Source: a virus
Virus record (IMG/VR): IMGVR_UViG_3300038466_000014
Direction: 5' to 3' (one strand)
Length of the DNA stretch: 64,000 nucleotides
The position numbers were made by a program, and so were the translations under genes. Positions 19,636 to 28,907 of the stretch are shown piece after piece; the first letter of the stretch is position 1, and every line of letters begins with the position of its first letter. The notes beneath the pieces are model-generated. The model saw only the letters and a list, made by a program, of their open reading frames with translations. It did no database searches and had not been told where the DNA came from.

Positions 19636-20247
19636 TTAGAAAGGAATGTCGTCGCCCATGAAACTCGGCGGACCTGTTTCTGAGTTGGAGTTGTGTGTGT
19701 TTTTATTGAGATTAGATTTATATCCCCCGCTATTATTTTTATTTCCATCTTTGTTTTTATTGTTTGTAAAAGTTTCGTATCTCTTCATCGACTGGATAAG
19801 TAACGCTTCAGAAGGCAGTTGTTCACAACCAAACTTCAACAAATTATAAAACAGGTAAGACTGTTCCGAAGTGAATATATATGAAGTTTGGGCGATCGAT
19901 ATACCAAGTCTTCCGTCGCGATCAGATTTGAATAATCTCATGTGATTCGGAATATTTTCTTTGAAGTGCGTAACTGTATAAATATTTTTATATTTATCGT
20001 CAGTAGCTTTAGGGTTCACATAGGAACCCTCGCTAATTTGTTTCCACTTCAGAACTATCGCGGCACACTCTTCCGGAGATAGAGAAAAGAATACAGCGTT
20101 ATCCCAATCGAACAGTTTTACTCCATTTCTGGCGTCTTTTACCGATGCGTTTGGATTCAGAGTTTTCGCGATTTTTAACTGAATGGTTTCTTTAACCAGC
20201 GAGATGTCAAATGTTATCGCACTCAATTTAGGATTAAAAAACTTCAC
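19636..20247 (-). CDS. Probable single-stranded DNA-binding protein
   Basis: Flexible N/K/G-rich tail ending DDIPF, the SSB C-terminal tip. Confidence 0.55.
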   Translation of the reverse strand: MKFFNPKLSAITFDISLVKETIQLKIAKTLNPNASVKDARNGVKLFDWDNAVFFSLSPEECAAIVLKWKQISEGSYVNPKATDDKYKNIYTVTHFKENIPNHMRLFKSDRDGRLGISIAQTSYIFTSEQSYLFYNLLKFGCEQLPSEALLIQSMKRYETFTNNKNKDGNKNNSGGYKSNLNKNTHNSNSETGPPSFMGDDIPF

Positions 20248-20314
20248 GAATTCCTCCTGATGTTTGAGGCAGACACCGGAGATGATTTTCCGGTGTCTGC
20301 CTCTTAGGGGTTAC

Positions 20315-21031
20315 CTATTTCTTGTCTTTCCGGGGGAAAGTCCTGGTGGACCACGTAAGATTCAGATCCGCTCCCCGGTTGCTCATCTGTTTGATGATGA
20401 GCTGTGAACGGTCTCCCTCTTTTCCGAACGGGGGGTTGAGGACGAAGGAAACCGAACCGGCGTCCCTCATGGACGTGAACAGGTCAATGTCCGGCTCCAC
20501 GAGTTCAATGCCCTTCTTGTCCGGGCGGAAGAAGTCCCCGACCGTGAACGGCGTGAACTTCTTAACGCCTTCGTCAGTCAGAGGGTATTCCGCCGTAGGC
20601 GTAAACAGCGGCGGGCAGTCCAGGAGGAGCATCGGAATTCCGGTTCCGCAGAATCCGGGTTCGGTGATGTCCACCTCCGGCATGAACACGAACAGGTCCG
20701 AGCGCGCCATATAGACGACCGGAGCCTCATCGAACCCGTCAACGTTCAGATAGACCCGACGGGCGCTCTCAAGGTTTTCCAGGCGATGGAGAGCCTTGTG
20801 CTTCTTGCACAGACTATCGCCTGTGCATTCCCGGCATTCGCGCTTCTGCCATCCTGAAAATTCTGTATTGTAAAACTGTTCTACAAGATCCGCAATCCAC
20901 GACCAATTTAAAATCAGTTTGATCATGGCGTTCGGGAAAATACCTTTCCCGAACACATCTTGTGCCTTCTGATGCGCGTCGCGTCCCGTCATGCTTTCCT
21001 CCAATGTATTTTTTGCTACGAAAAAAACCAA
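20315..21031 (-). CDS. hypothetical protein (GC-rich codon usage)
   Basis: Directly downstream of motif copy 2; CRECTGDSLCKKH motif. Confidence 0.7.
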   Translation of the reverse strand: MVFFVAKNTLEESMTGRDAHQKAQDVFGKGIFPNAMIKLILNWSWIADLVEQFYNTEFSGWQKRECRECTGDSLCKKHKALHRLENLESARRVYLNVDGFDEAPVVYMARSDLFVFMPEVDITEPGFCGTGIPMLLLDCPPLFTPTAEYPLTDEGVKKFTPFTVGDFFRPDKKGIELVEPDIDLFTSMRDAGSVSFVLNPPFGKEGDRSQLIIKQMSNRGADLNLTWSTRTFPRKDKK

Positions 21032-21077
21032 ATATTATAGGATTAATCTTCAAGCATCTGTATAAGATGCTTACCTA

Positions 21078-21347
21078 TTATTTAATATATATAATAAAAT
21101 CATATTTTTCCAGACATATTATATTTTTATATCCTTTTCTTTGAAATTCTAAAAGATTCTCTTTTAAATACGGTTCATATCCTTTCCACATTTTAACGGC
21201 AGGATGATTTTTATATCCGGTCTTATTGGTTAATTCCAATAAAATGGATAGTATCTGAATTGTTTCCTTTCTTTGGCTTCAGAGTCGTTTATTATAAAGA
21301 ATATCAAATGTTTCTTTAGGGCTACCGGATATAAGAAAAGTCTGCAT
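21078..21347 (-). pseudogene. Pyrimidine-dimer DNA glycosylase/DenV-like pseudogene
   Basis: MQTFL...KRL*SQRKETIQIL...YKNHPAVKMWKGYE; in-frame TGA at 21279-21281 and the C-terminal half is missing. Confidence 0.7.
21079..21098 (-). promoter_or_regulatory. Conserved 20-bp motif, copy 2
   Basis: Exact copy, about 48 bp upstream of the 21031 start. Confidence 0.6.
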
Positions 21348-21366
21348 GGCGATATCCGGGGCGATA

Positions 21367-21657
21367 TTAAGTCAAACCGATATTTTTCTTATTATTTAAG
21401 TCGGTTAAGACCTTATTAAAAATGATGTTTAACACAGTCTCTTCTGATTGATCCTGACATATCTTTATAAAATATTCGAATGAAATATCGGCATCCAAAT
21501 AAACCGGTTCTGGTAAGGATCCTTCTTTATGTTTCATCATTTCCATACATAATTTTGTTCCATCCTCATTCAATCTATAAACAACTCTGTCGTGTTCTAT
21601 ACTATTACCATTATATAAATGTTTATATACTTGGCTCACGCGAACGTCCAGATGCAC
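21367..21657 (-). CDS. hypothetical protein
   Basis: Minus-strand ORF. Confidence 0.6.
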   Translation of the reverse strand: MHLDVRVSQVYKHLYNGNSIEHDRVVYRLNEDGTKLCMEMMKHKEGSLPEPVYLDADISFEYFIKICQDQSEETVLNIIFNKVLTDLNNKKNIGLT

Positions 21658-21829
21658 CGATGTTCCTTTTTCGTAAACTATTGACCGTTTTTTCTATAAG
21701 ATGTATACACATTGATTTAGGCATATTGAATTCATTTTCATATCTATCTATAACCGGCAATATAACCGACGATACCTCTTCTGTAAAATCACGCATAATT
21801 TTTTCCAGTTTTTCGTTTTCTATATCCAT
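21623..21829 (-). CDS. hypothetical protein
   Basis: Minus-strand ORF. Confidence 0.6.
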   Translation of the reverse strand: MDIENEKLEKIMRDFTEEVSSVILPVIDRYENEFNMPKSMCIHLIEKTVNSLRKRNIGASGRSREPSI

Positions 21830-21832
21830 AGC

Positions 21833-22024
21833 TTACGCCCTCGCTTTTGCGGAATGGGTTTCTGAGTTTGTTACAAAAACCCCGTTACAGTTTGGGCATC
21901 TTTTAATATTTGATGGGACTACCCATTCTGATAAACAAATGCTGCATGTTACGTCTTTTAGTAATGGTGTTTCATTAAAATATATTACAGGTTTATTTTT
22001 ATACCTAACGGTTTCGAACTGCAT
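21833..22024 (-). CDS. small zinc-ribbon protein
   Basis: CSIC...CPNC. Confidence 0.65.
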   Translation of the reverse strand: MQFETVRYKNKPVIYFNETPLLKDVTCSICLSEWVVPSNIKRCPNCNGVFVTNSETHSAKARA

Positions 22025-22073
22025 TGTATTATGAGGTTCCTTTCTCCAAGAGGGGATTGATCTGAATATCGGG

Positions 22074-23024
22074 TTACAATAACATATTTAGTTTCGATAT
22101 CATTTCGTCTTGAGTGACTTTAACCAAACGTTTTGTTATTTCCAACCCAACCATAATCAAAATTACTTTTTGCAGAGTAGTATTACATCCTGCCGCATTA
22201 CATTTTTGAATAATATTATTAAATTCCAGATCTTGTGAATTGGTAACAGAAATATCTTTCCATAGTTTTTGATTTTTATTAAGGATATTTAAACCTTGTT
22301 TTATCATAGGAGCGGCATGTAATTTATTCATATCGGCAAAATCTAAAATCCTTTCACACCATTGAATTATATCGGCATTTTTAACGATACATTTTGTACC
22401 CATTTCGACTCGGTTGAACCATCCTATAAATCGTTCCTGTGTCTTATTGTTAGTCATGATCTCTATATATCGAGACCCTTGTTGTATATTGAGAAACAAC
22501 CATAAATACTTATCTCCTATATTTTTGTTTATAAAATTAATAACATTAATGCTTTTTGTACCGAGGTTTCCATCAATGGTCAGTGGATAATTTGAATGTT
22601 TAGATTTCATATTATCCATCAGCCGGTTACAAGAAGCCTGTGCCCATCTACATACAGATGTTGGGTGAAAATTAACTCCGGAATCAAATATTTCATTTGC
22701 CACTATCTGTGATTCAATCGAATCACCATTAAACACATCCCAATAATTCTTTTTATACCTGTCTTGTTTTAAGGATTCCAGTTTTGCGTTGTGGTTGGTA
22801 AGATTTTTCGGAAATCCTGTTTTTTTCTTACTTTCATCAATTATTTTCCATCCGGGCCAGTCTGGGTTAGCCTTTCTGGATATTCCTCCATATGTTTCTC
22901 CGCCGTTATCACCCGGATTGCATGACCAGTCATTTTTTCCCTCGTGACCCATTGTTCTATCATATGCGGTCTTGAAGATAGCCATTAGACATTCCTTTTT
23001 GAAATTAATGGTTTTAAAAAACAA
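22074..23024 (-). CDS. Glycoside hydrolase family 108 endolysin
   Basis: GHEG...DNGGETYGGIS catalytic motif, FDSGVN, and a PG-binding-like segment ending FIGWFNR. Confidence 0.88.
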   Translation of the reverse strand: MFFKTINFKKECLMAIFKTAYDRTMGHEGKNDWSCNPGDNGGETYGGISRKANPDWPGWKIIDESKKKTGFPKNLTNHNAKLESLKQDRYKKNYWDVFNGDSIESQIVANEIFDSGVNFHPTSVCRWAQASCNRLMDNMKSKHSNYPLTIDGNLGTKSINVINFINKNIGDKYLWLFLNIQQGSRYIEIMTNNKTQERFIGWFNRVEMGTKCIVKNADIIQWCERILDFADMNKLHAAPMIKQGLNILNKNQKLWKDISVTNSQDLEFNNIIQKCNAAGCNTTLQKVILIMVGLEITKRLVKVTQDEMISKLNMLL

Positions 23025-23042
23025 ATCTGTATAAATGTGTTA

Positions 23043-23355
23043 TTACACTCCCGAATGTTTTTCGTTTATACAGGTTATATATTCTGGAAGATTCCGTATA
23101 AAATCCATCTTGAACATTATGTTTTTTATTATTAAATCAATAGTTATTTCTGATACCGGAAAGAAATCCCACACATCCACTCCCACATTAATACAATTTT
23201 GACATACCAAACAAAAACAGATCGTGAATATGACCTACAATGCAAGGATGTTGTTTTACTACCGTGGCAATAACAGGATCATGAAACAAACAACATTTAA
23301 AATAAAATAATTAATTCGAGAGATGCGTGTACAGACGTGAATCCGATGTCCACAT
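23043..23355 (-). pseudogene. Calcineurin-like metallophosphoesterase remnant
   Basis: Fragments in different frames: MWTSD...; LFHDP...GHIHDLF; NCINVGVDVWDFFPVSE. Large internal deletion plus frameshifts. Confidence 0.65.
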
Positions 23356-23374
23356 AATTAAACGGAGATACTGT

Positions 23375-23824
23375 TCATTGTTCTCCCGCTCCAGGATCCT
23401 CGTCCAATTCTCTACAAGTCTCATCCGGATATCTGGTCTCACCTACTACGTATAATGGGTTCAAATGCATTGCTGTCACTCTTCCCTCTTCGTTTTTAAT
23501 CTCTACAAGTTCAAAAACATAATAGGTATCGGGCATTTCTTCGGTCGAACGTGTATCGTAATCTTTACGATTCCTACAAACAATTCTACGGTGTTCGTAG
23601 TCATATATCATAAGTCGTAGTCCGCCCGGAAGTTTAATATGTCGTTTCTGATCTCCCATAATATCATCAAGAGATTCGGATGTGACAATATTGCGCGTTG
23701 TTAAACTTTCTGATACAAATAAGTGTGTAATTTTAAGCAAAGAATACGATCCAACCGAAGTGAAAACAATCACGAGCATGTACAGCAACACAAACCCTGC
23801 ATTAGAGATTTTCTCTACAAACAT
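23375..23824 (-). CDS. hypothetical membrane-anchored protein
   Basis: N-terminal hydrophobic helix. Confidence 0.65.
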   Translation of the reverse strand: MFVEKISNAGFVLLYMLVIVFTSVGSYSLLKITHLFVSESLTTRNIVTSESLDDIMGDQKRHIKLPGGLRLMIYDYEHRRIVCRNRKDYDTRSTEEMPDTYYVFELVEIKNEEGRVTAMHLNPLYVVGETRYPDETCRELDEDPGAGEQ

Positions 23825-23839
23825 TAGTTACCTCATGGT

Positions 23840-25138
23840 TTAAACATGTTTTGAATTGAGAACAGCCTTGATACACCGTTCTTTTACTTCTGCTATAGTA
23901 TATTTGTTTTCTCTGGATTCTTCACGTATAGCCTGTTTTACGTCGCCTGGAAGATCGTATGCTATTTTGTTGATCATAAATTCTATACCCTTTTCATCGG
24001 AAGAATGAAATTCGAATACGGAATCAATCCTTCCGGGTCTGGTTACGTGACCGTTTCCACAAAGAGCAGGATCGATAGAATCTGGATTGTTTGTCGTGAT
24101 AAACAAATAATAAGGACTATTATTATTCGCCCCATCGAGACAATTTAAAATACAATCAAATGTCAATGGTATTTTATCGTTTACAGGGTTAGATCCTGAA
24201 AATACCCTGTCAAAATCTTCGAATAATATAATATGGGGAATATCCGTAAACACCTCTGTAAACGCGGTTTTAAATTGGGTATTGTTTAATTTAGACAAAT
24301 CAAATACTATAATTGGAATCTTGTATTTTATAGACAGATAAGTAATGGAATGTGTTTTCCCTGTACCTGGACTTCCATATAGGAGTGAACCGCGTTTCCA
24401 GTTTAATCCATGTGATATATACCAATCCTTATTGTTCAGCCAGAAACTAAAATCATGTTCAACTTCCGCAATTGTATCAGTAACATATATATCTTTTGCG
24501 ATATTTATTTGATCGTATATTTTCATACCTTCGAAAATATCTGTTTTTTTATCACAAAATATAAACTCATCTGAACTACCTAAAGATATAGTCTGTACAT
24601 CATAATCATCATCACCGGATGGCGCAACATATTTTATATATGGAGAAGTCTGTGTAATATGTTCTGATAAAATATGATCATTAATCTCGTTTAACCATCT
24701 GGCAAAAATTTTTTTAACATTTATAGTATATCGGATATAGTATATTTCCAAATCCGCGCTATCATATTCTTCTGATGTGGTGATAATAATCGGAACCTTA
24801 TCTATAAAAAACAGAAGGACCGCTTTTTCTTCTGTTGATAAAGCATAGTATAATTGATTGTATTGATAAAATCCGGATATTATGTTATATGTGGGATTCT
24901 TTAAATCGATATATGTATATCTTTCTTTTAACAGTTTTATAAGCTTATAAATCACAATATTTCTACCAAAAACCGAAAATACGGCGTTCTTTACGAAAAA
25001 TCCAAACATTAATGATAAATATTTTTTATTTTTTACATTTCTGATCGTATCAAAAAGTTCATCGCCAATATATGTAGACGGTACATCATTTCGACTGGAA
25101 GAGGTTACAGGTATTTGTTTCCTGTGGGTTGGCATCAT
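23840..25138 (-). CDS. BCS1-like AAA+ ATPase
   Basis: WKRGSLLYGSPGTGKT, ILFEDFD, LNCLDG and RPGRID motifs. Confidence 0.88.
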   Translation of the reverse strand: MMPTHRKQIPVTSSSRNDVPSTYIGDELFDTIRNVKNKKYLSLMFGFFVKNAVFSVFGRNIVIYKLIKLLKERYTYIDLKNPTYNIISGFYQYNQLYYALSTEEKAVLLFFIDKVPIIITTSEEYDSADLEIYYIRYTINVKKIFARWLNEINDHILSEHITQTSPYIKYVAPSGDDDYDVQTISLGSSDEFIFCDKKTDIFEGMKIYDQINIAKDIYVTDTIAEVEHDFSFWLNNKDWYISHGLNWKRGSLLYGSPGTGKTHSITYLSIKYKIPIIVFDLSKLNNTQFKTAFTEVFTDIPHIILFEDFDRVFSGSNPVNDKIPLTFDCILNCLDGANNNSPYYLFITTNNPDSIDPALCGNGHVTRPGRIDSVFEFHSSDEKGIEFMINKIAYDLPGDVKQAIREESRENKYTIAEVKERCIKAVLNSKHV

Positions 25139-25472
25139 TCCCCTCCTGTATTATAGAACAATTGTAGTCAATTTTATATTTGCATATAAACTGTATTTCG
25201 CGGTTTTTTATATTATCTCTTACAACTACGTTTATACCCGAATCTGTAGACCTAAGCGAACTCAGCATATTTTGTCCGCGTTTGGATTTTAAAAGATTCT
25301 TAGACGCTATATCCACTATAGCCCTCATCATTTCATCGTCATTTAATTTATCATTGTTAAATGGAAAATCCTCAAATTCACACAAACCATCGATACGCAC
25401 AGAAAATCTATGTTTTTTATCTTTATCTATCTTATCTATAACCATCGGAAGATTATTTGGGTTTTTTTCCAT
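25086..25472 (-). CDS. hypothetical protein
   Basis: Minus-strand ORF abutting the RNA ligase gene. Confidence 0.65.
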   Translation of the reverse strand: MEKNPNNLPMVIDKIDKDKKHRFSVRIDGLCEFEDFPFNNDKLNDDEMMRAIVDIASKNLLKSKRGQNMLSSLRSTDSGINVVVRDNIKNREIQFICKYKIDYNCSIIQEGNDANPQETNTCNLFQSK

Positions 25473-26567
25473 TTATTCCTTCGTAAGATATTGTTTTATT
25501 ATTTGCTGCCTTTTGGGGTTTAGTGCCCTCGGACCATTGTAACGGTCTTTTCCATACAGTTTCTGAATGATATAATGACGCAGTGGATTATCCTTCAACA
25601 CCACATTATAAATATTATTTTTATCATCTAAATTATAGTTTTTCTCCACATAATCAGCATTTGTGATTATATCGGATACAAATTTACTATATGCGTCTAT
25701 TATAGGTTGAAATAAATGTATTTTTTCCGGAAAAGTTGCAAGATACTCATCTTGCTCACAGTCCCATACCAAATTGATTATCTTTTTAAATGATAAATTA
25801 TTTCCTACCATTCGATGAAGAATCAAATATTCCGGATTTTTTACTTTGATTCTTAGCTGGGTTTTAGTATTCCATAAGACATATCCCTCGTCTCTTGGAG
25901 CAAGATCAACAAACGACTCTATCAGATTTTCGATAGTGTCAAAATTGTAAATCTTTGGCATTTCTATACCTATGGATTTGGCCGCTTCAAACATCCTATC
26001 TAAAGAATAATAATCGCCCGTATACGTGTGACGTACTCCAAGAAGTACGATTCTTGGGCGATCATAAATAGTCACATTCTGATTTTCTTTAAACGCGCCT
26101 TCCATAATGTATGTGTATGATTTATTCATATTTTTCATCTTATCGTTTATATCACCAAAGTATTTCTCAAATAGTTCTTTCCAAGTAAGCCGATCTCCAT
26201 CGAGATTTTGTTCCGCTTCGATCTGCCTTCTGGTCGAAACATACCAACTATTCTGATTGTTATCGAAATATACATTAAACATTGTACCATCTACTTTTTC
26301 CAATATCACGCTATTATCTAAATCTACAGAATCAACATCGTTTTCACCGAGGTTAAAAAATCGATCGAACGTTCTGCATACAGGATTATGATTTAGATCA
26401 AGAATTAACCCCCTGCACTCTACTACAATAGGATGCGTTTTAAACGGCCAACTATTAATCTGGTCATAATCCAGTCCTATTTTATGATTATAAAAATTAA
26501 TATGAATACCCAAATCTCTTAATGATTGCATGGATGGATCTTGTTCGAAAAGTTTTTGAACTTCCAT
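25473..26567 (-). CDS. RNA ligase, T4 Rnl1-like
   Basis: ECRGLIL, TFDRFFNLGE, EKVDGT (motif I), EGYV and KVKNPEY. Confidence 0.88.
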   Translation of the reverse strand: MEVQKLFEQDPSMQSLRDLGIHINFYNHKIGLDYDQINSWPFKTHPIVVECRGLILDLNHNPVCRTFDRFFNLGENDVDSVDLDNSVILEKVDGTMFNVYFDNNQNSWYVSTRRQIEAEQNLDGDRLTWKELFEKYFGDINDKMKNMNKSYTYIMEGAFKENQNVTIYDRPRIVLLGVRHTYTGDYYSLDRMFEAAKSIGIEMPKIYNFDTIENLIESFVDLAPRDEGYVLWNTKTQLRIKVKNPEYLILHRMVGNNLSFKKIINLVWDCEQDEYLATFPEKIHLFQPIIDAYSKFVSDIITNADYVEKNYNLDDKNNIYNVVLKDNPLRHYIIQKLYGKDRYNGPRALNPKRQQIIKQYLTKE

Positions 26568-26640
26568 GTATACCCCTATTAATAAAATGGCAGATTAAAT
26601 ATATTAAATAACATATATTCTTGTTAAATGGTATATATAC

Positions 26641-26660
26641 TATTTAATATATTTAATAAA
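26641..26660 (-). promoter_or_regulatory. Conserved 20-bp motif, copy 3 (1 mismatch)
   Basis: tatttaatatatttaataaa, upstream of the Rnl1-like gene. Confidence 0.5.
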
Positions 26661-26691
26661 AAAATAAAAATCATTATCCATTACTTAAAAA

Positions 26692-26767
26692 TGAAGCCCC
26701 ATAAGGGAGTCGAACCCTTAACATCCTGATTACAAATCAGGTGCTCTGCCAATTGAGCTAACGGGGC
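26692..26767 (-). tRNA. tRNA-Thr(UGU)
   Basis: Cloverleaf with CCTGA-TT-TGT-AA-TCAGG; 3' end reads TCA, not CCA. Confidence 0.93.
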
Positions 26768-26779
26768 TTTACTTTTAAG

Positions 26780-27094
26780 TGGTGGGCGAGGGAGGAATCG
26801 AACCCCCAACATTTCGGTTCCCGTTTGTGTAGCTTTCGCTACTCCGTGGACTATTTCTTCACCCTCGATACACTGTAGGGTGTCGGGCGCTCTTGCCGGT
26901 CATTAAGGGGACTATACCCCTCCGGTAGTCTCTAAACGTTCCATAGGTGTACCTATGGCTTCGCTCGGAGTTGTCATGGGTAAAATTAATTTACCTTTAG
27001 ATTTCTCCGAATTCACCCAATCCACTCTATGTATTACTACATAGAGGCACAGTTGTCTATGAGCCGAAGGTTCTAACCGTTGAACTACTCGCCC
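26780..27094 (-). tRNA. tRNA(CAU), Ile2 or Met, split by a group I intron (exons 27059-27094 and 26780-26819)
   Basis: Spliced anticodon arm TTCGG-CT-CAT/AA-CCGAA; ends in CCA. Confidence 0.9.
26820..27058 (-). mobile_element. Group I intron (IC3, Azoarcus tRNA-Ile-like), ORF-less, 239 nt
   Basis: P1 guide GTG pairs exon CAU; GAATTCGGAGAAA, TAGAGACTA and ATAGTCCA core; ends GCGAAAGCTACACAAACGGG with terminal G. Confidence 0.9.
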
Positions 27095-27153
27095 GTTACA
27101 AACCAGATTCCGGCGGATAACGTGATGGTTTACGTTATCCGCCGGAGGTTCAA

Positions 27154-27435
27154 TCAGTTTGCAAGCCCCGACATCTTGAATTTGTACGCAGATCCTTTCT
27201 TAAGCATATATTTGGAGTGCTGCCGGGGCGTTGCTTCCACCCCCGCGTTGTCGCACATCTCAATAAAAAACGTATCATTCTTTGAATACCACCGGTGCGT
27301 GGTTTCCGGCTCCGGATATCTGTAGGTGGACGGTTCCGGCTTGTTCTTGAAGTCCGCCCTGTGAACTTTTTTCTTTTTCCCGCCCGCTTTTACGGCGATG
27401 ACCTTCACCTTCGACTTTGCTTTGCCCATAATCAA
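27154..27435 (-). CDS. small basic hypothetical protein
   Basis: GAGAGG SD; GC-rich codons; CDNAGVEATPRQHSKY segment. Confidence 0.65.
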   Translation of the reverse strand: MIMGKAKSKVKVIAVKAGGKKKKVHRADFKNKPEPSTYRYPEPETTHRWYSKNDTFFIEMCDNAGVEATPRQHSKYMLKKGSAYKFKMSGLAN

Positions 27436-27468
27436 CCTCTCGTCTATTAGTTTACATCGACTTCGACA

Positions 27469-27550
27469 TGGTGCCCGGAAGAGGACTCGAACCTCTACGC
27501 TTTCGCACGGGGCCTAAACCCGTTGGCTATGCCAATTCGCCTATCCGGGC
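27469..27550 (-). tRNA. tRNA-Leu(UAG)
   Basis: ACGGG-TT-TAG-GC-CCCGT; variable arm; CCA. Confidence 0.93.
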
Positions 27551-27554
27551 GGGC

Positions 27555-27803
27555 CTACTGTTTAAGAGACTTCTGCAAATTCTTCCAAAAAGTTACTGAT
27601 GTTCCAAACAATCCCGCAAGATTTGCGGATATTTCGCTGGTCAACTTTCCATCATTATACAGGATATCCCTCATCTTAGATTTGGGAATTCCCGTATATA
27701 ATACCATATCCGCAAAGGTAATATTATATGGTTTCATAAAATCGAGTAGAATAATTTCCCCAACCGTAATCGGTGAATTATCGTGTTCGTAGGAATTGTT
27801 CAT
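27555..27803 (-). CDS. HigA-like HTH antitoxin (orphan)
   Basis: TVGEIILLDFMKP...LTSEISANLAGLFGTSVTFWKNLQ; start reassigned to ATG 27803 because the longer track ORF overlaps tRNA-Leu. Confidence 0.75.
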   Translation of the reverse strand: MNNSYEHDNSPITVGEIILLDFMKPYNITFADMVLYTGIPKSKMRDILYNDGKLTSEISANLAGLFGTSVTFWKNLQKSLKQ

Positions 27804-27881
27804 ACGGTTCCTTTGCGTATAAAATGTTTTGGTGCCCGGAGCGGGATTTGAACCCGCATGATCTGTCGATCGGGGGATTTT

Positions 27882-28554
27882 CTTACCACTTCGGCTTTCG
27901 CCGCCCATCTTACGATGGTTCGTGGTCTGGACTTTCTCTTCACCCGCAGCATAAGCTGTTAGGGTGCGCCGTGTAAAGTCTCTACACTCTGTTCGTTTCG
28001 AACATAGCACGGGATTACCATAGAGGTTAAGGTTTCCCCGTTTTAGCGGCGTCCACTTCAAGAGTTTCTTCTTGAAGGCCCAGTTTTAAAGTAGTGTATG
28101 TCGGGTTTATTGGTGTAATTTCTATCACCAGCCCGCCGTGTTGAATCATGGCCCCATATTTCCCAGAACAACGTTTGCTACAGAATATGCCGGTTTTTCC
28201 TCTTTTTCGATTACCAATCGCCGTAGAAAGTTTTTTACCGTCCAATGTAAAAATATATCCGCACCACGGGCACACAAACTGTTTTTTCTGTAGCCTTACA
28301 ACATCCAGGATAGAGTGTTCTACCCTATCAACAATTTGGATATTTTCTGGGGAGTTATCTGTAAAATCTCCATTTATGTGGTCAACCGTTTCGTTTTCCA
28401 TTAAATATCTTCCAATTCTTATTTCAGTTAAATACTTTGGATAAGAAACAGATGCCCTTTTTCCGTTCGGGTAAATTATAATAATAATTTATCTTTTATC
28501 CGTTCTTTGATATGGACCATAAATTCTACAATTTTCGTACACCACTTTTCACCT
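27882..28554 (-). mobile_element. Group I intron (trnL-UAA type) with HNH ORF in the P1 loop
   Basis: GGGCCTTCAAGAAGAAACTCTTGAAGTGGA...GGGGAAACCTTAA...GGTAATCCCGTGC...GTAGAGACT...AAGTCCA core; terminal G. Confidence 0.88.
28027..28542 (-). pseudogene. Intron-encoded HNH endonuclease with in-frame TAA
   Basis: GTG start; YENCRIYGPYQRTDKR*IIII...SYPKYL...ETVDHINGDFTDN; stop at 28489-28491. Confidence 0.75.
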
Positions 28555-28602
28555 AAGTCCCCGCCGTCTACCAATTCCGGCATCCGGGCAAGTATTTTCT
28601 AA

Positions 28603-28677
28603 TGGTGGGATCGGAAAGAATCGAACTTTCGTTTTCCCGCTTAAAAGGCGGGTGCCAAACCAATAGGCGACGATCCC
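28603..28677 (-). tRNA. tRNA-Lys(UUU)
   Basis: CCCGC-CT-TTT-AA-GCGGG; CCA. Confidence 0.92.
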
Positions 28678-28685
28678 TAAAGAAA

Positions 28686-28810
28686 TAGAGGACTGCTCCG
28701 TTAAACACTTTTTTTCTTTTGCTCTACCGTTGAGCTACACCCCGAAGTCGGGGTGAATGGAGTCGAACCATTACCCAAAGTTCCACGTTGAATGTTTAAC
28801 AGCACCTCTA
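28686..28810 (-). ncRNA. YrlA-like Y RNA 1 (permuted tRNA-like domain)
   Basis: Terminal stem TAGAGGTGC...GCAGTCCTCTA. The T-arm (GGTTCGACTCC) precedes the D-arm (TAGCTCAACGGTAGAGC) and the acceptor-like stem is closed by a loop. Confidence 0.8.
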
Positions 28811-28825
28811 TTAAACTGAAATGAA

Positions 28826-28898
28826 TGGGCGCTACAGGACTTGAACCTGTGACTTCCACCTTGTAAGGGTGGCACTCTCCCAACTGAGTTAAGCGCCC
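28826..28898 (-). tRNA. tRNA-Val(UAC)
   Basis: CCACC-CT-TAC-AA-GGTGG; no encoded CCA. Confidence 0.93.
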
Positions 28899-28907
28899 GG
28901 ATTCAAT

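Larger units (their letters stand above)
27830..28589 (-). tRNA. tRNA-Leu(UAA) split by a group I intron (exons 28555-28589 and 27830-27881)
   Basis: Spliced arm GGGGA-CT-T/AA-AA-TCCCC; intron after U34; CCA. Confidence 0.9.

Noticed and set aside
27804-28061. N-terminal half of the 168-aa track ORF 27555-28061
   Set aside because: It overlaps the tRNA-Leu 3' exon and intron core; only the HigA-like part from ATG 27803 has an SD and homology.
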